Shown: positions 25,839 to 38,982, counted from the first letter of the stretch. The stretch is 64,000 bases of DNA from Macrostomum lignano (GCA_002269645.1 NIVC01002329.1:5219-69218), one strand, 5' to 3'. Notes: generated by a model from the letters alone, not told the origin. Made by a program: numbers and translations.

Positions 25839-26262
25839 GGTATGAGCGTATAAGATGTAGATTATTACAAGAAATTTTCTATGCTACTGAGACTGACGTT
25901 GGCTTGAGGCATCAACCTGGAGCCATGTGACTCAGCTTCTACCAGTAATATAGGCTCAGTGCATACTATAATTAGGCTGTCATGCACAAACGCTGAGACA
26001 ATAGGCAAGTGTACAAACACATACTGCGCACACTTCCAAGAAAATGAATTAAAGCATTTCAGCTGACGGTTTAAACGTCCGCTGGATATGCATCAAAATC
26101 CACGTGAATAGCATCACATGACAAACCCGGCCCCTTATCACCTGACTGCTGTGTAGTGTGTACACTAATAGAAGCATACCTTTCTGGTATAGAAACAAAT
26201 ATTCCTTATCTTTCATTCTGAAACGAATATGCAGTCATACCAGTTTCTGTGAGACGTGTGAA

Positions 26263-27445
26263 GAAACTTCACAGACTCAAAACTTCACAAGCTCGAAACT
26301 TCACAGACTCAAAACTTCACAAGCTCAAAACTTCACAGACTCAAAACTTCACAAGCTCGAAACTTCACAGACTCAAAACTTCACAAGCTCGAAACTTCAC
26401 AGACTCAAAACTTCACAAGCTCGAAACTTCACAGACTCAAAACTTCACAAGCTCGAAACTTCACAAACTCAAAACTTCACAAGCTCGAAACTTCACAAAC
26501 TCAAAACTTCACAAGCTCGAAACTTCACAGACTCAAAACTTCACAAGCTCGAAACTTCACAGACTTAAAACTTCACAAGCTCGAAACTTCACAGACTCAA
26601 AACTTCACAAGCTCGAAACTTCACAAACTCAAAACTTCACAAGCTCGAAACTTCACAGACTCAAAACTTCACAAGCTCGAAACTTCACAGACTCAAAACT
26701 TCACAAGCTCGAAACTTCACAGACTCAAAACTTCACAAGCTCGAAACTTCACAGACTCAAAACTTCACAAGCTCGAAACTTCACAGACTTAAAACTTCAC
26801 AAGCTCGAAACTTCACAGACTCAAAACTTCACAAGCTCGAAACTTCACAAACTCAAAACTTCACAAGCTCGAAACTTCACAGACTCAAAACTTCACAAGC
26901 TCAAAACTTCACAGACTCAAAACTTCACAAGCTCGAAACTTCACAGACTCAAAACTTCACAAGCTCGAAACTTCACAGACCCAAAACTTCACAAGCTCGA
27001 AACTTCACAGACTCAAAACTTCACAAGCTCAAAACTTCACAAACTCAAAACTTCACAAGCTCGAAACTTCACAGACTCAAAACTTCACAAGCTCGAAACT
27101 TCACAGACTCAAAACTTCACAAGCTCGAAACTTCACAGACCCAAAACTTCACTAGCTCGAAAATTCACAGACCCTACATCCTACCACCGGCTCGAAAATT
27201 CACAGACCCTACATCCTACCACCGGCTCGAAAATTCACAGACCCTACATCCTACCACCAGCTCGAAAATTCACAGACCCTACATCCTACCACCGGCTCGA
27301 AAATTCACAGACCCTACATCCTACCACCGGCTCCTACATCCTGCCTGTGAATTTTCGAGCTTGTGAAGTTTCGAGCTCGTGAAGTTTTGAGCCTGTGAAG
27401 TTTCGAGTCTGCATGTGAAGCTTCGAGGTTGTGAAGCTTCGAGCT
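26263..27445. repeat. 16/32-bp satellite (CTTCACAGACTCAAAACTTCACAAGCTCGAAA)n, 35-bp subarray, and inverted right arm (fold-back)
   Basis: Forward array 26263-~27160; 35-bp units ~27155-27310; reverse-complement units 27345-27445. Confidence 0.9.
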
Positions 27446-28699
27446 ACATGCTAGTCTACATACAGATTTAGGATTTTGGACTCAAATCGGATCATTTGCT
27501 CGCGATCAGCCAAGCGTTCAGCTCGGCCTTATCCAAGCGAAATTGAATTTCCTTCGTCCAAGCAATTCCATAATCCCCTAACAGGCGGCATATAGCTGGA
27601 TATTTGTCAAAAATATCAGCCTCATTTTCAGCTTCACAACCGTTTGAACTGCCCGTCAGTCTCTCCCATTCCATTGGGACTCAAGCGACCCAGACTCACC
27701 CGTCAGTTTCATTGACCATTCTCTTCTTTGTTCCCCGGCGACTTGCTAATCCCGCCGCCTTATTTTTTGCGCCGTCGCTAACGGTCTGTGGAGCGATTCG
27801 AAACTGTTCCAGCTCCATCCGACACTCCATCCCAGCCCCGCAAGTCTCCCCAGGCTCTCTTCTCCATCACTTGGCCCGACTTGGAAACGGATTAGGACCA
27901 TAATTTGGCCACTCGAGAATAAGGCGAACAGAACAGAACGGATTTCTCCCCCCCCCCGTTTCCGAAGCGCCTCCCCGACATTGACACTAGATTGGAGATG
28001 GTCCTAGTCGGAGCCACGGAGCTCTAGATAGTAGCATCTGAATTGGAAACTGGACTTTCATGCCCCTTGTACATCGATTATTATTAGTTTAGCTTACATT
28101 CCATAAATTTGTTCAATAAAATTTCAAACAAAACTTACAAAATCGTAAAAAAAATAATATACTATTATTGTCGGGGGCGGAAAAAGTCCTTGACGATAAT
28201 TTAGCGCCGCAAGCGAGGTTTTTCCATGAACCATCGCTACTCCTTTTCTCACCAAGGGGGGGGGCAGCAGACCTCCTTTGACCTCCCCAGGATAATCCCC
28301 TCTGCCCTTGTTCCGCGGTGCCTGAGGGTAGGAAAAGTAGGATTTCGGCCAGATAGCTAAGCCCAGAGGTCCATGACGGTGTCGAATATTGAACAGGCAG
28401 CCCGTCTCTCGCTCCCCCATACTGAGCAGCTCCGCATATGGGAAAAGTGAACGATTTCTTCTGCCTTGGATCAATGCAGCGCTTTTATGCCGGCCGGAGC
28501 CGCTCATCATGTGACAATTAGTTCAGCAGCTGGAATCTTATTGATGCATCATAAATGATATTGCTGCTAACTGATGGGGTGTGAGTTTGTGAAGTGAATG
28601 GACCGCAAAATGAATTGAAAGACCCTATCATTATAAGGAAAGGCTGCTACAGAAATATTTGATTATGGGAAACTTATATAGTCTATGGCGGCTACTATA

Positions 28700-29230
28700 G
28701 ACTGCGGCAGACTAATACAGACTAACACAGGCTAATACAGACTAAATACAGGCTAATACAGACTAAATACAGGCTCAATACAGACTAATACAGGCTACAG
28801 TAAGCAAAAACTGGCTATAGAGAGGCTAATACAGGCTCAATACAGACTAATACAGGCTACAGTAAGCAAAAACTGGCTATAGAAAGGCTAATACAGGCTC
28901 AATACAGACTAATACAGGCTAATACAGACTAAATACAGGCTAATACAGACTAAATACAGACTCAATACAGACTAATACAGTCTACAGTAAGCAAAAACTG
29001 GCTATAGAAAGGCTAATACAGGCTCAATACAGACTAATACAGGCTACAGTAAGCAAAAACTGGCTATAGAAAGGCTAATACAGGCTCAATACAGACTAAT
29101 ACAGGCTACAGTAAGCAAAAACTGGCTATAGAGAGGCTAATACAGACTAAATACAGACTCAATACAGACTAATACAGTCTACAGTAAGCAAAAACTGGCT
29201 ATAGAAAGGCTAATACAGACTCAATACAGA
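28700..29230. repeat. Compound repeat (AATACAGACT/AATACAGGCT units with ~62-bp larger unit)
   Basis: Direct reading. Confidence 0.85.
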
Positions 29231-29824
29231 TTATTGCAGCCTTACAGCAGGCAAGCACAGCCTAATACTGCAAGTAGAACAAGCTCTGGAAGGCTAAAAA
29301 GGACATTCAAGCAAAAGTTCTACAGACGAAAACAGACTGAAACAGGCTGAAGTTTCAGGCTACCATAGGCATCACTCGATCAAGTTACACAGTTACAGAT
29401 TATACCGAGTTATTACAGGCCTCTCGAACACTATAAGCTATAATAAGAGTCGATTTTTTAGACCGAATTCTGCACCAAGGCCTTACTCATCTCATGCTCA
29501 CGAACCAGACACTGGCGCAGGAAAATGAGACAGTGGCGTGTTGCTAAGATAAAGGGAGAGGCGATGAGAGCCGATAAGAATAATTCTGTCTTCCATCACT
29601 GTTTTTCCTGTCTTTTTTGTCCCAAGTGGCACGTCAAGTCTTATTTTGACGAAGCCGAAAAAAGCAGAATGTCTTTGAGCTTCGCATGCAGGATCAAGGA
29701 GGTCTAGAAACAGAATCTGGCGATGGAATTGACGACGTAGTGAAAACCTCTGAATCTCTGGCGTCCTTCAGCACAAAATGAAATGTGGGCTTTTAACGTA
29801 CTTTTTGATCGAAGAGGGAATCAC

Positions 29825-31020
29825 AGCAGCAAAAGCAAACAACAGCAGCGAGAGCAACAACAGTAGTAGCAAAAAACAACAACAACAGCAGTAGCAAAAG
29901 AAACACCTAAAACAACAACAACAGTAGTAGCAAAAACAACAACAGCAGTAGCAAAAGCAACAACAGCAGTAGCAAAAGCAACAACAGCAGTAGCAAAAAC
30001 AACAACAGCAGTAGCAAAAACAACAACAGCAGTAGCAAAAGCAACAACAGCAGTAGCAAAAGCAACAACAGCAGTAGCAAAAGCAACAACAGCAGTAGCA
30101 AAAGCAACAACAGTAGTAGCAAAAACAACAACAGCAGTAGCAAAAACAACAACAGCAGTAGCAAAAGCAACAACAGCAGTAGCAAAAGCAACAACAGCAG
30201 TAGCAAAAGCAACAACAGCAGTAGCAAAAGCAACAACAGTAGTAGCAAAAACAACAACAGCAGTAGCAAAAACAACAACAGCAGTAGCAAAAGCAACAAC
30301 AGCAGTAGCAAAAGCAACAACAGCAGTAGCAAAAGCAACAACAGCAGTAGCAAAAGCAACAACAGTAGTAGCAAAAACAACAACAGCAGTAGCAAAAGCA
30401 ACAACAGCAGTAGCAAAAACAACAACAGCAGTAGCAAAAGAAACACCTAAAACAACAACAACAGCAATAACAAAAGCATCAACAGCAGTAGCAAAAGCAA
30501 CAACAGCAGTAGCAAAAGCAACAACAGCAGTAGCAAAAGCAACAACAGCAGTAGCAAAAGCAACAACAGCAGTAGCAAAAGCAACAACAGCAGTAGCAAA
30601 AGCAACAACAGCAGTAGCAAAAGCAACAACAGCAGTAGCAAAAGCAACAACAGCAGTAGCAAAAACAACAACAGCAGTAGCAAAAGAAACACCTAAAACA
30701 ACAACAACAGCAATAACAAAAGCAACAACAGCAGTAGCAAAAGCAACAACAGCAGTAGCAAAAGCAACAACAGCAGTAGCAAAAGCAACAACAGCAGTAG
30801 CAAAAGCAACAACAGCAGTAGCAAAAGCAACAACAGCAGTAGCAAAAGCAACAACAGCAGTAGCAAAAGCAACAACAGCAGTAGCAAAAGCAACAACAGC
30901 AGTAGCAAAAGCAACAACAGCAGTAGCAAAAGCAACAACAGCAGTAGCAAAAACAACAACAGCAGTAGCAACAGCAACATCGGCAGTAGAAAAAACAACA
31001 ATAGCTAAAGCAACAACACA
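29825..31020. repeat. 21-bp repeat (AGCAACAACAGCAGTAGCAAA)n
   Basis: Direct reading; AAAAGAAACACCTAAAA spacer recurs at ~29897, 30437 and 30683. Source of the poly-Leu and Cys-rich minus-strand ORFs. Confidence 0.95.
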
Positions 31021-31719
31021 GCAATTTTCTTGAACTTCCTATCCCCATTTTATGAAAAACTATCAAAGCATTTAGCTCGTAGATAGACTGCTAGCAGACT
31101 GTTGATTCCAGGATAATAAGTGAACAAGGATCAAACCAAAAATAGAAGTCCAGCGCCCACTCCAGATGTCTAGGCCTGGAACTCCCAGGCAGACATGACC
31201 GGCGGAGTGCCAGGCGGGCCGGTCTCCGAGGCTTCAGCTCAAAAAGCCAATTAGCTGATTGATCCGACTCCTTCCCCAGGGGGATGCGGGGGGCCACTCG
31301 CTGGGAGTCGAGGACCGGGCCTGGGCGACATGGGATTTTCCTCTGCTCCTTCTCCGTTGTAAAATTGCTTTCGCGAAGGAAGATAGGGAAATGTGGCGAT
31401 GCGGAAGAAGATTGTAGGCATTTCTCTGTTTTAATATTGCTTCTTTTGCCTCTAGGAAGCAAGCGATGTTGGCTATCCTTTGAAGGTGACAAGTGCTTTA
31501 GAAACGCATATCTGATAGCTATATTAAAAACCCGATTAGAATCCTTCATTCATGTCGGGTCCATCTTGATACTTGTCAACCAAGTTTTGCAGCTCGAACT
31601 TGCCTCTCGTTTGACTCAGTTCCGACACAAATTTGATTAATTCTGACATACCTTACTCAACCCTTGCCGCACTTTTAGTCCAGCTTGTCACTTCTTACTC
31701 AATTTTATCACCCCCTACT

Positions 31720-32400
31720 CAGTTCAGACACGCCTCACTCAGTACAGTTCAGACACGCCTTACTCAGTTCAGACACGCCTTACTCAGTTCAGACACGCCT
31801 TACTCAGTTCAGACACGCCTTACTCAGTTCAGACACGCCTTACTCAGTTCAGACACGCCTTACTCAGTTCAGACACGCCTTACTCAGTTCAGACACGCCT
31901 TACTCAGTTCAGACACGCCTTACTCAGTTCAGACACGCCTTACTCAGTTCAGACACGCCTTACTCAGTTCAGACACGCCTTACTCAGTTCAGACACGCCT
32001 TACTCAGTTCAGACACGCCTTACTCAGTTCAGACACGCCTTACTCAGTTCAGACACGCCTTAATCAGTTCAGACACGCCTTACTCAGTTCAGACACGCCT
32101 TACTCAGTTCAGACACGCCTTACTCAGTTCAGACACGCCTTACTCAGTTCAGACACGCCTTAATCAGTTCAGACACGCCTTACTCAGTTCAGACACGCCT
32201 TACTCAGTTCAGACACGCCTTACTCAGTTCAGACACGCCTTACTCAGTTCAGACACGCCTTACTCAGTTCAGACACGCCTTACTCAGTTCAGACACGCCT
32301 TACTCAGTTCAGACACGCCTTACTCAGTTCAGACACGCCTTACTCAGTTCAGACACGCCTTACTCAGTTCAGACACGCCTTACTCAGTTCAGACACATCT
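31720..32400. repeat. 20-bp minisatellite (ACTCAGTTCAGACACGCCTT)n
   Basis: Near-perfect tandem copies, ending ~260 bp upstream of the GPCR ATG. Confidence 0.95.
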
Positions 32401-32656
32401 TACATTACTTGGCACACAAAATCTGTCAAAATTTGAGCGATTGGCCAGACTCGCAGGACAAAAGTTGTCCTCCAGGAGCCAATGAGAGCCAACTGGGCGA
32501 CTGTGAGGGTGCCAGCTGGGCGGAGAAACAGTTATTTGCCAGTGCAGAAAAGACGAAGGACGAGCTCGCAGGTTCGACAGCCAATTTGAGACGGGCAATC
32601 AGAGACAGACAGACAATCAGAGACCGACAATCAGAGACAGACAGGCACTCAGAGAC

Positions 32657-33511
32657 ATGCCGCTAGAGGAATCTCCACACGAGGCCCTCACGGATGAGCA
32701 CCGCCTGCTGCACCACGCCACCGCCTTGTTGACCATCGGGGTCGAGGCGCTGCTGGTGCTGGGCAACCTCCTGCCGCCGCTCGTAGTTTTCCGAGCTAAA
32801 TCGTCGGCCGAGCGGACCAACCTGGACCTGATCGTGGCCGCGCTCAGCGTCACGGACATCCTGTCGGTGCTGGTGCCGGAGCCGCCCTGGATCGTGGCTT
32901 ATTTCCGCGGCACCTGGCAGCGAGACGCCCGAGCGTGCAACCTGCACCAGCTGACCGCGCTGTGGTTCCAGCTGGCCTCCATGCTTATCGTGGTGCTGCT
33001 GGTGCTGGACCGGGCCCGCTGCGTCAGGCGGATGCTGGACGAGCCGATGCCGCTGCCGGTTGACACGAGGAACAGCGTCCTGCTCGGCTGCCTGCTGCTC
33101 ACCTGCTACTGCCTGACGCTGCTCACCGCCACCCTGCCGCTGCTCGGATTCGCTCCGTCTGCCGTGGCCGAAAAATCCGGGCCTGACGGCGAGTTGGTCA
33201 GCGGCTTCTGCGTCTCCTGGCTGGCCAGGCAGCCGAACGGGTTCAGGGAATCTGTCTTCTTCGTGGTGTTCGCCAGCATTGCCGGCCTCTGCCTGGCCTG
33301 CGTGCTGAGCACCAACCTGGTGATCATCTGCCTGTGGCAGCGCAAGCAGGCCGCGGCGCAGAAGGCCGCCGAGCAGGACGACGCGACAGCATCCGCTGCC
33401 GACCTGCTCATCGAGGAGGAGCAGTTTCTTGAGATGGGCCGTTTCATAGAGACCATGCGGGTCACCGCTCTGATCAGCCTGGTCTTCTGCTGCACCTGGA
33501 TTCCCACACTG
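32657..33511 (+). CDS. Rhodopsin-like (class A) orphan GPCR exon 1 of 3 (TM1-TM6); gene = join(32657-33511,38754-38982,40113-40546), 505 aa
   Basis: TM1 GN, TM2 LSVTD, W...C before TM3, DRA (DRY position), EL2 Cys, TM6 CCTWIP; donor GTGAGT at 33512, phase 0. Confidence 0.9.
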
Positions 33512-33519
33512 GTGAGTCG

Positions 33520-36050
33520 GAGTTTGAGCGACTGGCTAATTGATAGCTACTGAGTTTGAGCGACTGACTAATTGATAGCTACTGAGTTTGAGTGACTGAC
33601 TAATTGATAGCTACTGAGTTTGAGTGACTGACTAATTGATAGCTACTGAGTTTGAGTGACTGACTAATTGGCAGCTACTGAGTTTGAGTGACTGACTAAT
33701 TGATAGCTACTGAGTTTGAGTGACTGACTAATTGATAGCTACTGAGTTTGAGTGACTGACTAATTGGTAGCTACTGAGTTTGAGTGACTGACTAATTGGT
33801 AGCTACTGAGTTTGAGTGACTGACTAATTGGTAGCTACTGAGTTTGAGCGACTGACTAATTGATAGCTACTGAATTTGAGTAACTGACTAATTGATAGCT
33901 ACTGAGTTTGAGTGACTGACTAATTGATAGCTACTGAGTTTGAGTGACTGACTAATTCACAGCTACTGAGTTTGAGCGACTGACTAATTGATAGCTACTG
34001 AGTTTGAGTGACTGACTAATTGGTAGCTACTGAGTTTGAGTGACTGACTAATTGATAGCTACTGAGTTTGAGTTACTGACTAATTGATAGCTACTGAGTT
34101 TGAGTGACTGACTAATTGGTAGCTACTGAGTTTGAGTGACTGACTAATTGGTAGCTACTGAGTTTGAGTGACTGACTAATTGATAGCTACTGAGTTTGAG
34201 TGACTGACTAATTGATAGCTACTGAGTTTGAGTGACTGACTAATTGATAGCTACTGAGTTTGAGTGACTGACTAATTGATAGCTACTGAGTTTGAGTTAC
34301 TGACTAATTGGTAGCTACTGAGTTTGAGTGACTGACTAATTGATAGCTACTGAGTTTGAGTTACTGACTAATTGATAGCTACTGAGTTTGAGTGACTGAC
34401 TAATTGGTAGCTACTGAGTTTGAGTGACTGACTAATTGGTAGCTACTGAGTTTGAGTGACTGACTAATTGATAGCTACTGAGTTTGAGTGACTGACTAAT
34501 TGATAGCTACTGAGTTTGAGTGACTGACTAATTGGTAGCTACTGAGTTTGAGTGACTGACTAATTGGTAGCTACTGAGTTTGAGTGACTGACTAATTGAT
34601 AGCTACTGAGTTTGAGTGACTGACTAATTGATAGCTACTGAGTTTGAGTGACTGACTAATTGGTAGCTACTGAGTTTGAGTGACTGACTAATTGATAGCT
34701 ACTGAGTTTGAGTGACTGACTAATTGGTAGCTACTGCTACTAATTGATAGCTACTGAGTTTGAGTGACTGACTAATTGGTAGCTACTGAGTTTGAGTGAC
34801 TGGTTAATTGATAGCTACTGAGTTTGAGTGACTGACTAATTCATAGCTACTGAGTTTGAGTAACTGACTAATTGATAGCTACTGAGTTTGAGTGACTGAC
34901 TAATTGATAGCTACTGAGTTTGAGTGACTGACTAATTGGTAGCTACTGAGTTTGAGTGACTGACTAATTGGTAGCTACTGAGTTTGAGCGACTGACTAAT
35001 TGATAGCTACTGAGTTTGAGTGACTGACTAATTGATAGCTACTGAGTTTGAGTGACTTACTAATTGATAGCTACTGAGTTTGAGTGACTGACTAATTGAT
35101 AGCTACTGAGTTTGAGTGACTGACTAATTGATAGCTACTGAGTTTGAGTGACTGACTAATTGGTAGCTACTGAGTTTGAGTGACTGACTAATTGATAGCT
35201 ACTGAGTTTGAGTGACTGACTAATTGGTAGCTACTGAGTTTGAGTGACTGACTAATTGATAGCTACTGAGTTTGAGTGACTGACTAATTGATAGCTACTG
35301 AGTTTGAGTGACTGACTAATTGATAGCTACTGAGTTTGAGTGACTGACTAATTGATAGCTACTGAGTTTGAGTGACTGACTAATTGATAGCTACTGAGTT
35401 TGAGTGACTGACTAATTGATAGCTACTGAGTTTGAGTGACTGACTAATTCACAGCTACTGAGTTTGAGCGACTGACTAATTGATAGCTACTGAGTTTGAG
35501 TGACTGACTAATTGATAGCTACTGAGTTTGAGTGACTGACTAATTGGTAGCTACTGAGTTTGAGTGACTGACTAATTCATAGCTACTGAGTTTGAGTGAC
35601 TGACTAATTGATAGCTACTGAGTTTGAGTGACTGACTAATTGATAGCTACTGAGTTTGAGTGACTGACTAATTGATAGCTACTGAGTTTGAGTGACTGAC
35701 TAATTGGTAGCTACTGAGTTTGAGTGACTGACTAATTGGTAGCTACTGAGTTTGAGTGACTGACTAATTGATAGCTACTGAGTTTGAGTGACTGACTAAT
35801 TGATAGCTACTGAGTTTGAGTGACTGACTAATTGGTAGCTACTGAGTTTGAGTGACTGACTAATTGATAGCTACTGAGTTTGAGTGACTGACTAATTGGT
35901 AGCTACTGAGTTTGAGTGACTGACTAATTGATAGCTACTGAGTTTGAGTGACTGACTAATTGATAGCTACTGAGTTTGAGTTACTGACTAATTCATAGCT
36001 ACTGAGTTTGAGTGACTGACTAATTGGTAGCTACTGAGTTTGAGTGACTG
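33520..36050. repeat. 32-bp minisatellite (TGAGTTTGAGTGACTGACTAATTGATAGCTAC)n starting at the GPCR intron 1 donor
   Basis: First unit begins 8 nt after GT; about 79 copies by length/period. Confidence 0.95.
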
Positions 36051-36515
36051 GTTAATGAACTCATGTTGCTGTCGTGCTCCCTGCCGAACCGTTGGCCTCC
36101 TCGTGCTCGCAAGAGGCTCTTCTTGGACGGCGGCACTAACGCTTTGCCGAGGGTCTCCCTGTCGCGGCCCATTACACAGCGACTAGCTGTGGCACACAGC
36201 TGTGGCATGTTTTTCTGCAGCCTGTCGGTTCGCGTCTTCCCCAAATCCTTTTTTGACTGCGGCTCTGCTTTTCGACGCTTCTGGATTGACTCTCTATGAT
36301 CGAAGAGCTCTCGCTCTCTCGGTCTCTGTTCATCCTTGAAGCTGCTCGCTCGGGCGTGTCCGAGCTCAGAGAGGCTGAGCTACCCCCCCCCCTCCCAGCC
36401 TGGGGCCACATCTGCTCCTCTCTGTTCTTTCCGTTAATGCGTCTGTCTCTGCTTCATCACTCATGAGCTCATTTGTGAGCACATGTTCTCATAAACTCAC
36501 TCAGGAACTCAGCAC

Positions 36516-36690
36516 TCATAAAGTCACTCTGGAAGTCAGGGACTAAGGTTGCTCATAAAGTCACTCTGGAAGTCAGAGACTAAGGCTGCTCATAAAGTCA
36601 CTCTGGAAGTCAGGGACTAAGGTTGCTCATAAAGTCACTCTGGAAGTCAGAGACTAAGGTTGCTCATAAAGTCACGCTGGAAGTCAGGAA
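36516..36690. repeat. 37-bp tandem repeat (TCATAAAGTCACTCTGGAAGTCAGGGACTAAGGTTGC), 4-5 copies
   Basis: Direct reading. Confidence 0.85.
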
Positions 36691-37384
36691 GCTAGGATCT
36701 CATGAGTTCAAAAACTCACTCATGAACTCGGTGAGGGACTTATGAAGTCATGAATGCTGTCATGAGCTCACTCCTTCGTTAATTTATTCGCTAGCAAATC
36801 CACCGCTCAATCGCATTGAGTCAGTAACTCGTTAGCTCCAGCTTCAGTTTATTCCTGCTGCATCGTCTCATCCCTTGGGATCGCTCGTGCCGGCCGGCAA
36901 AGCCTTTTTGGGGCTGCGGCTTCTTGCGAGAGTTTCGGTAATCCGATCGCCAAGTTCATTTGATTGCTAGGAGAGTTAGTTAGCTTGCTTTCCCCCATAC
37001 CGAGGCCGGGGAAGGATTGACCCTCGAAAATGAGGGAGAGATGGAGAGATGGAGTGCGGAGAGTCTGGAATAAGTTTGGCCCTTGCTCTGTGCTAAGCGA
37101 GCACTCGATAAGACAGCCACGGCAAAGTCGCCTCCGCCGCTGCCCACTTCTCTGGCTGAGAGTCAGAAAAGGCGATGCTGAAAAGCTGGGAGAAGAGTGC
37201 CTGGCGGGGAGTAAAGAGGCGAGAGAGGGCAGGGCTGAGCAGACAGACCCCAGCTGTCCCCAACCCTCTTCCCTTCCTATTGCACCGAGCAAATCTGGGA
37301 CTGGCATGGGAGAGCAACTAACTAACTTGCCGTCCCTCCCGATCCAGAAACTCCCCTTCTTGGACTGGACTATCGTGAAGCTTG

Positions 37385-37398
37385 GTTGCCATGGAAAC
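37385..37398. promoter_or_regulatory. Candidate RFX X-box GTTGCCATGGAAAC in GPCR intron 1
   Basis: 13/14 match to the palindromic X-box GTTGCCATGGCAAC; function unverified. Confidence 0.35.
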
Positions 37399-37670
37399 AG
37401 GCTCACTGCCCTGACAGTGCAAGCTGCTTATCGAGCTATTCGACACTAAATAGGGAGGATTACTAGTGGCTACTGCTGAGCGCTCAATCAGTCACTTTCT
37501 GAAAAGAGAAAAGAGACAGAGACAAACAGTAAATGTTTGATTGAATCAGAGATATATTGACTGAAGACTGATTCTATTTCAGATTATGATCCTTAAAGCT
37601 ATATATCTACTGCTGTGATATGAAAGCTATATAAATATCCGAAATCTCACGGGTTGGAACCCAAATCCAG

Positions 37671-38655
37671 CCCTAGATAAGAAAACCCCTACTTACACCC
37701 TAGATAAGAAAACCCCTACTTACACCCTAGATAAGAAAACCCCTACTTACACCCTAGATAAGAAAACTCCAACGATCACCCTAGATAAGAAAACCCCTAC
37801 TTACACCCTAGATAAGAAAACCCCTACTTACACCCTAGATAAGAAAACCCCTACTTACACCCTAGATAAGAAAACTCCAACGATCACCCTAGATAAGAAA
37901 ACCCCTACTTACACCCTAGATAAGAAAACTCCAACGATCACTCTAGATAAGAAAACCCCTACTTACACCCTAGATAAGAAAACCCCTACTTACACCCTAG
38001 ATAAGAAAACTCCAACGATCACCCTAGATAAGAAAACCTAACCCTAAATAAGAAAACTCATACCCTAACCCTAAATAAGAAAACCCCAACCCTAACCCTA
38101 AATAAGAAAACCCCAACCCTAACCCTAAATAAGAAAACCCCAACCTTAACCCTAGATAAGAAACCCCTACCCTAACCCTAGATAAGAAAACCCCAACCCT
38201 CACCCTAAATAAGAAAACCCCAACCCTCACCCTAGATAAGAAAACCCCTACCCTCACCCTAGATAAGAAAACCCCAACCCTAACCCTAGTTAAGAAAACC
38301 CAACCCTAACCCTAAATAAGAAAACCTTAACCCTAACCCTAAATAAGAAAACCCCAACCCTAACCCTAGATAAGATAACCCCAACCCTAACCTTAAGATA
38401 AGAAAACCCCTACCCTCACCCTAAATAAGAAAACCCCTACCCTCACCCTAGATAAGAAAACCCCAACCCTAACCTTAAGATAAGAAAACCCCTACCCTCA
38501 CCCTAAATAAGAAAACCCCAACCCTAACCCTAGATAAGAAAACCCCTACCTTCACCCTAAATAAGAAAACCCCTACCCTCACCCTAGATAAGAAAACCCC
38601 AACCCTAACCTTAAGATAAGAAAACCCCTACCCTCACCCTAGATAAGAAAACCCC
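37671..38655. repeat. 27-bp minisatellite grading into telomere-like (CCCTAA)-containing units
   Basis: CCCTAGATAAGAAAACCCCTACTTACA units change after ~38030 to CCCTAACCCTAAATAAGAAAACCCCAA. Confidence 0.9.
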
Positions 38656-38753
38656 TTTAGAAGCTCACATTTAGAAGCTCACCCAGTTAAAACCAAAGAT
38701 TCTGAAAAAGTTGTCACTCAAATGACATGCAAATTAACTATCAATCCATCAAG

Positions 38754-38982
38754 GTACTCGCTGGACTTCGCTACTCAAATCTGTCAGTGAGTCCGCCGCT
38801 AGTGATGTACGCCCAGCTCAGCACAACTCTATCCGGCGTCTTTAATCCGCTTATCTACGCAGTCTGCTCGCACAGTTACCGGGAAGGCTACCTGCGCGTC
38901 TTCTGCGGCTGCTGCTGCTGCTGCCGCAGGTGCCGGTGGTGGTGCTTCAGGTGCTGCATCGGCAGCGGGGGCGGCGGCAGAG
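38754..38982 (+). CDS. GPCR exon 2 (TM7, helix 8, Cys cluster)
   Basis: catcaag| acceptor; NPLIY motif; CGCCCCCRRCRWWCFRCC; donor GTGAGC at 38983, phase 1. Confidence 0.88.

Noticed and set aside
27490-28510. Short ORFs as a gene or TE remnant
   Set aside because: No recognisable domain or consistent exon chain.
29907-31066. Poly-Leu and Cys-rich (metallothionein/keratin-like) minus-strand ORFs
   Set aside because: Antisense reading of the 21-bp CAA/CAG repeat.
31090-31640. Degenerate LINE 3' end (NAYNLLP...SLSSF)
   Set aside because: Only a vague motif resemblance with stops on both sides; cannot be supported without a search.
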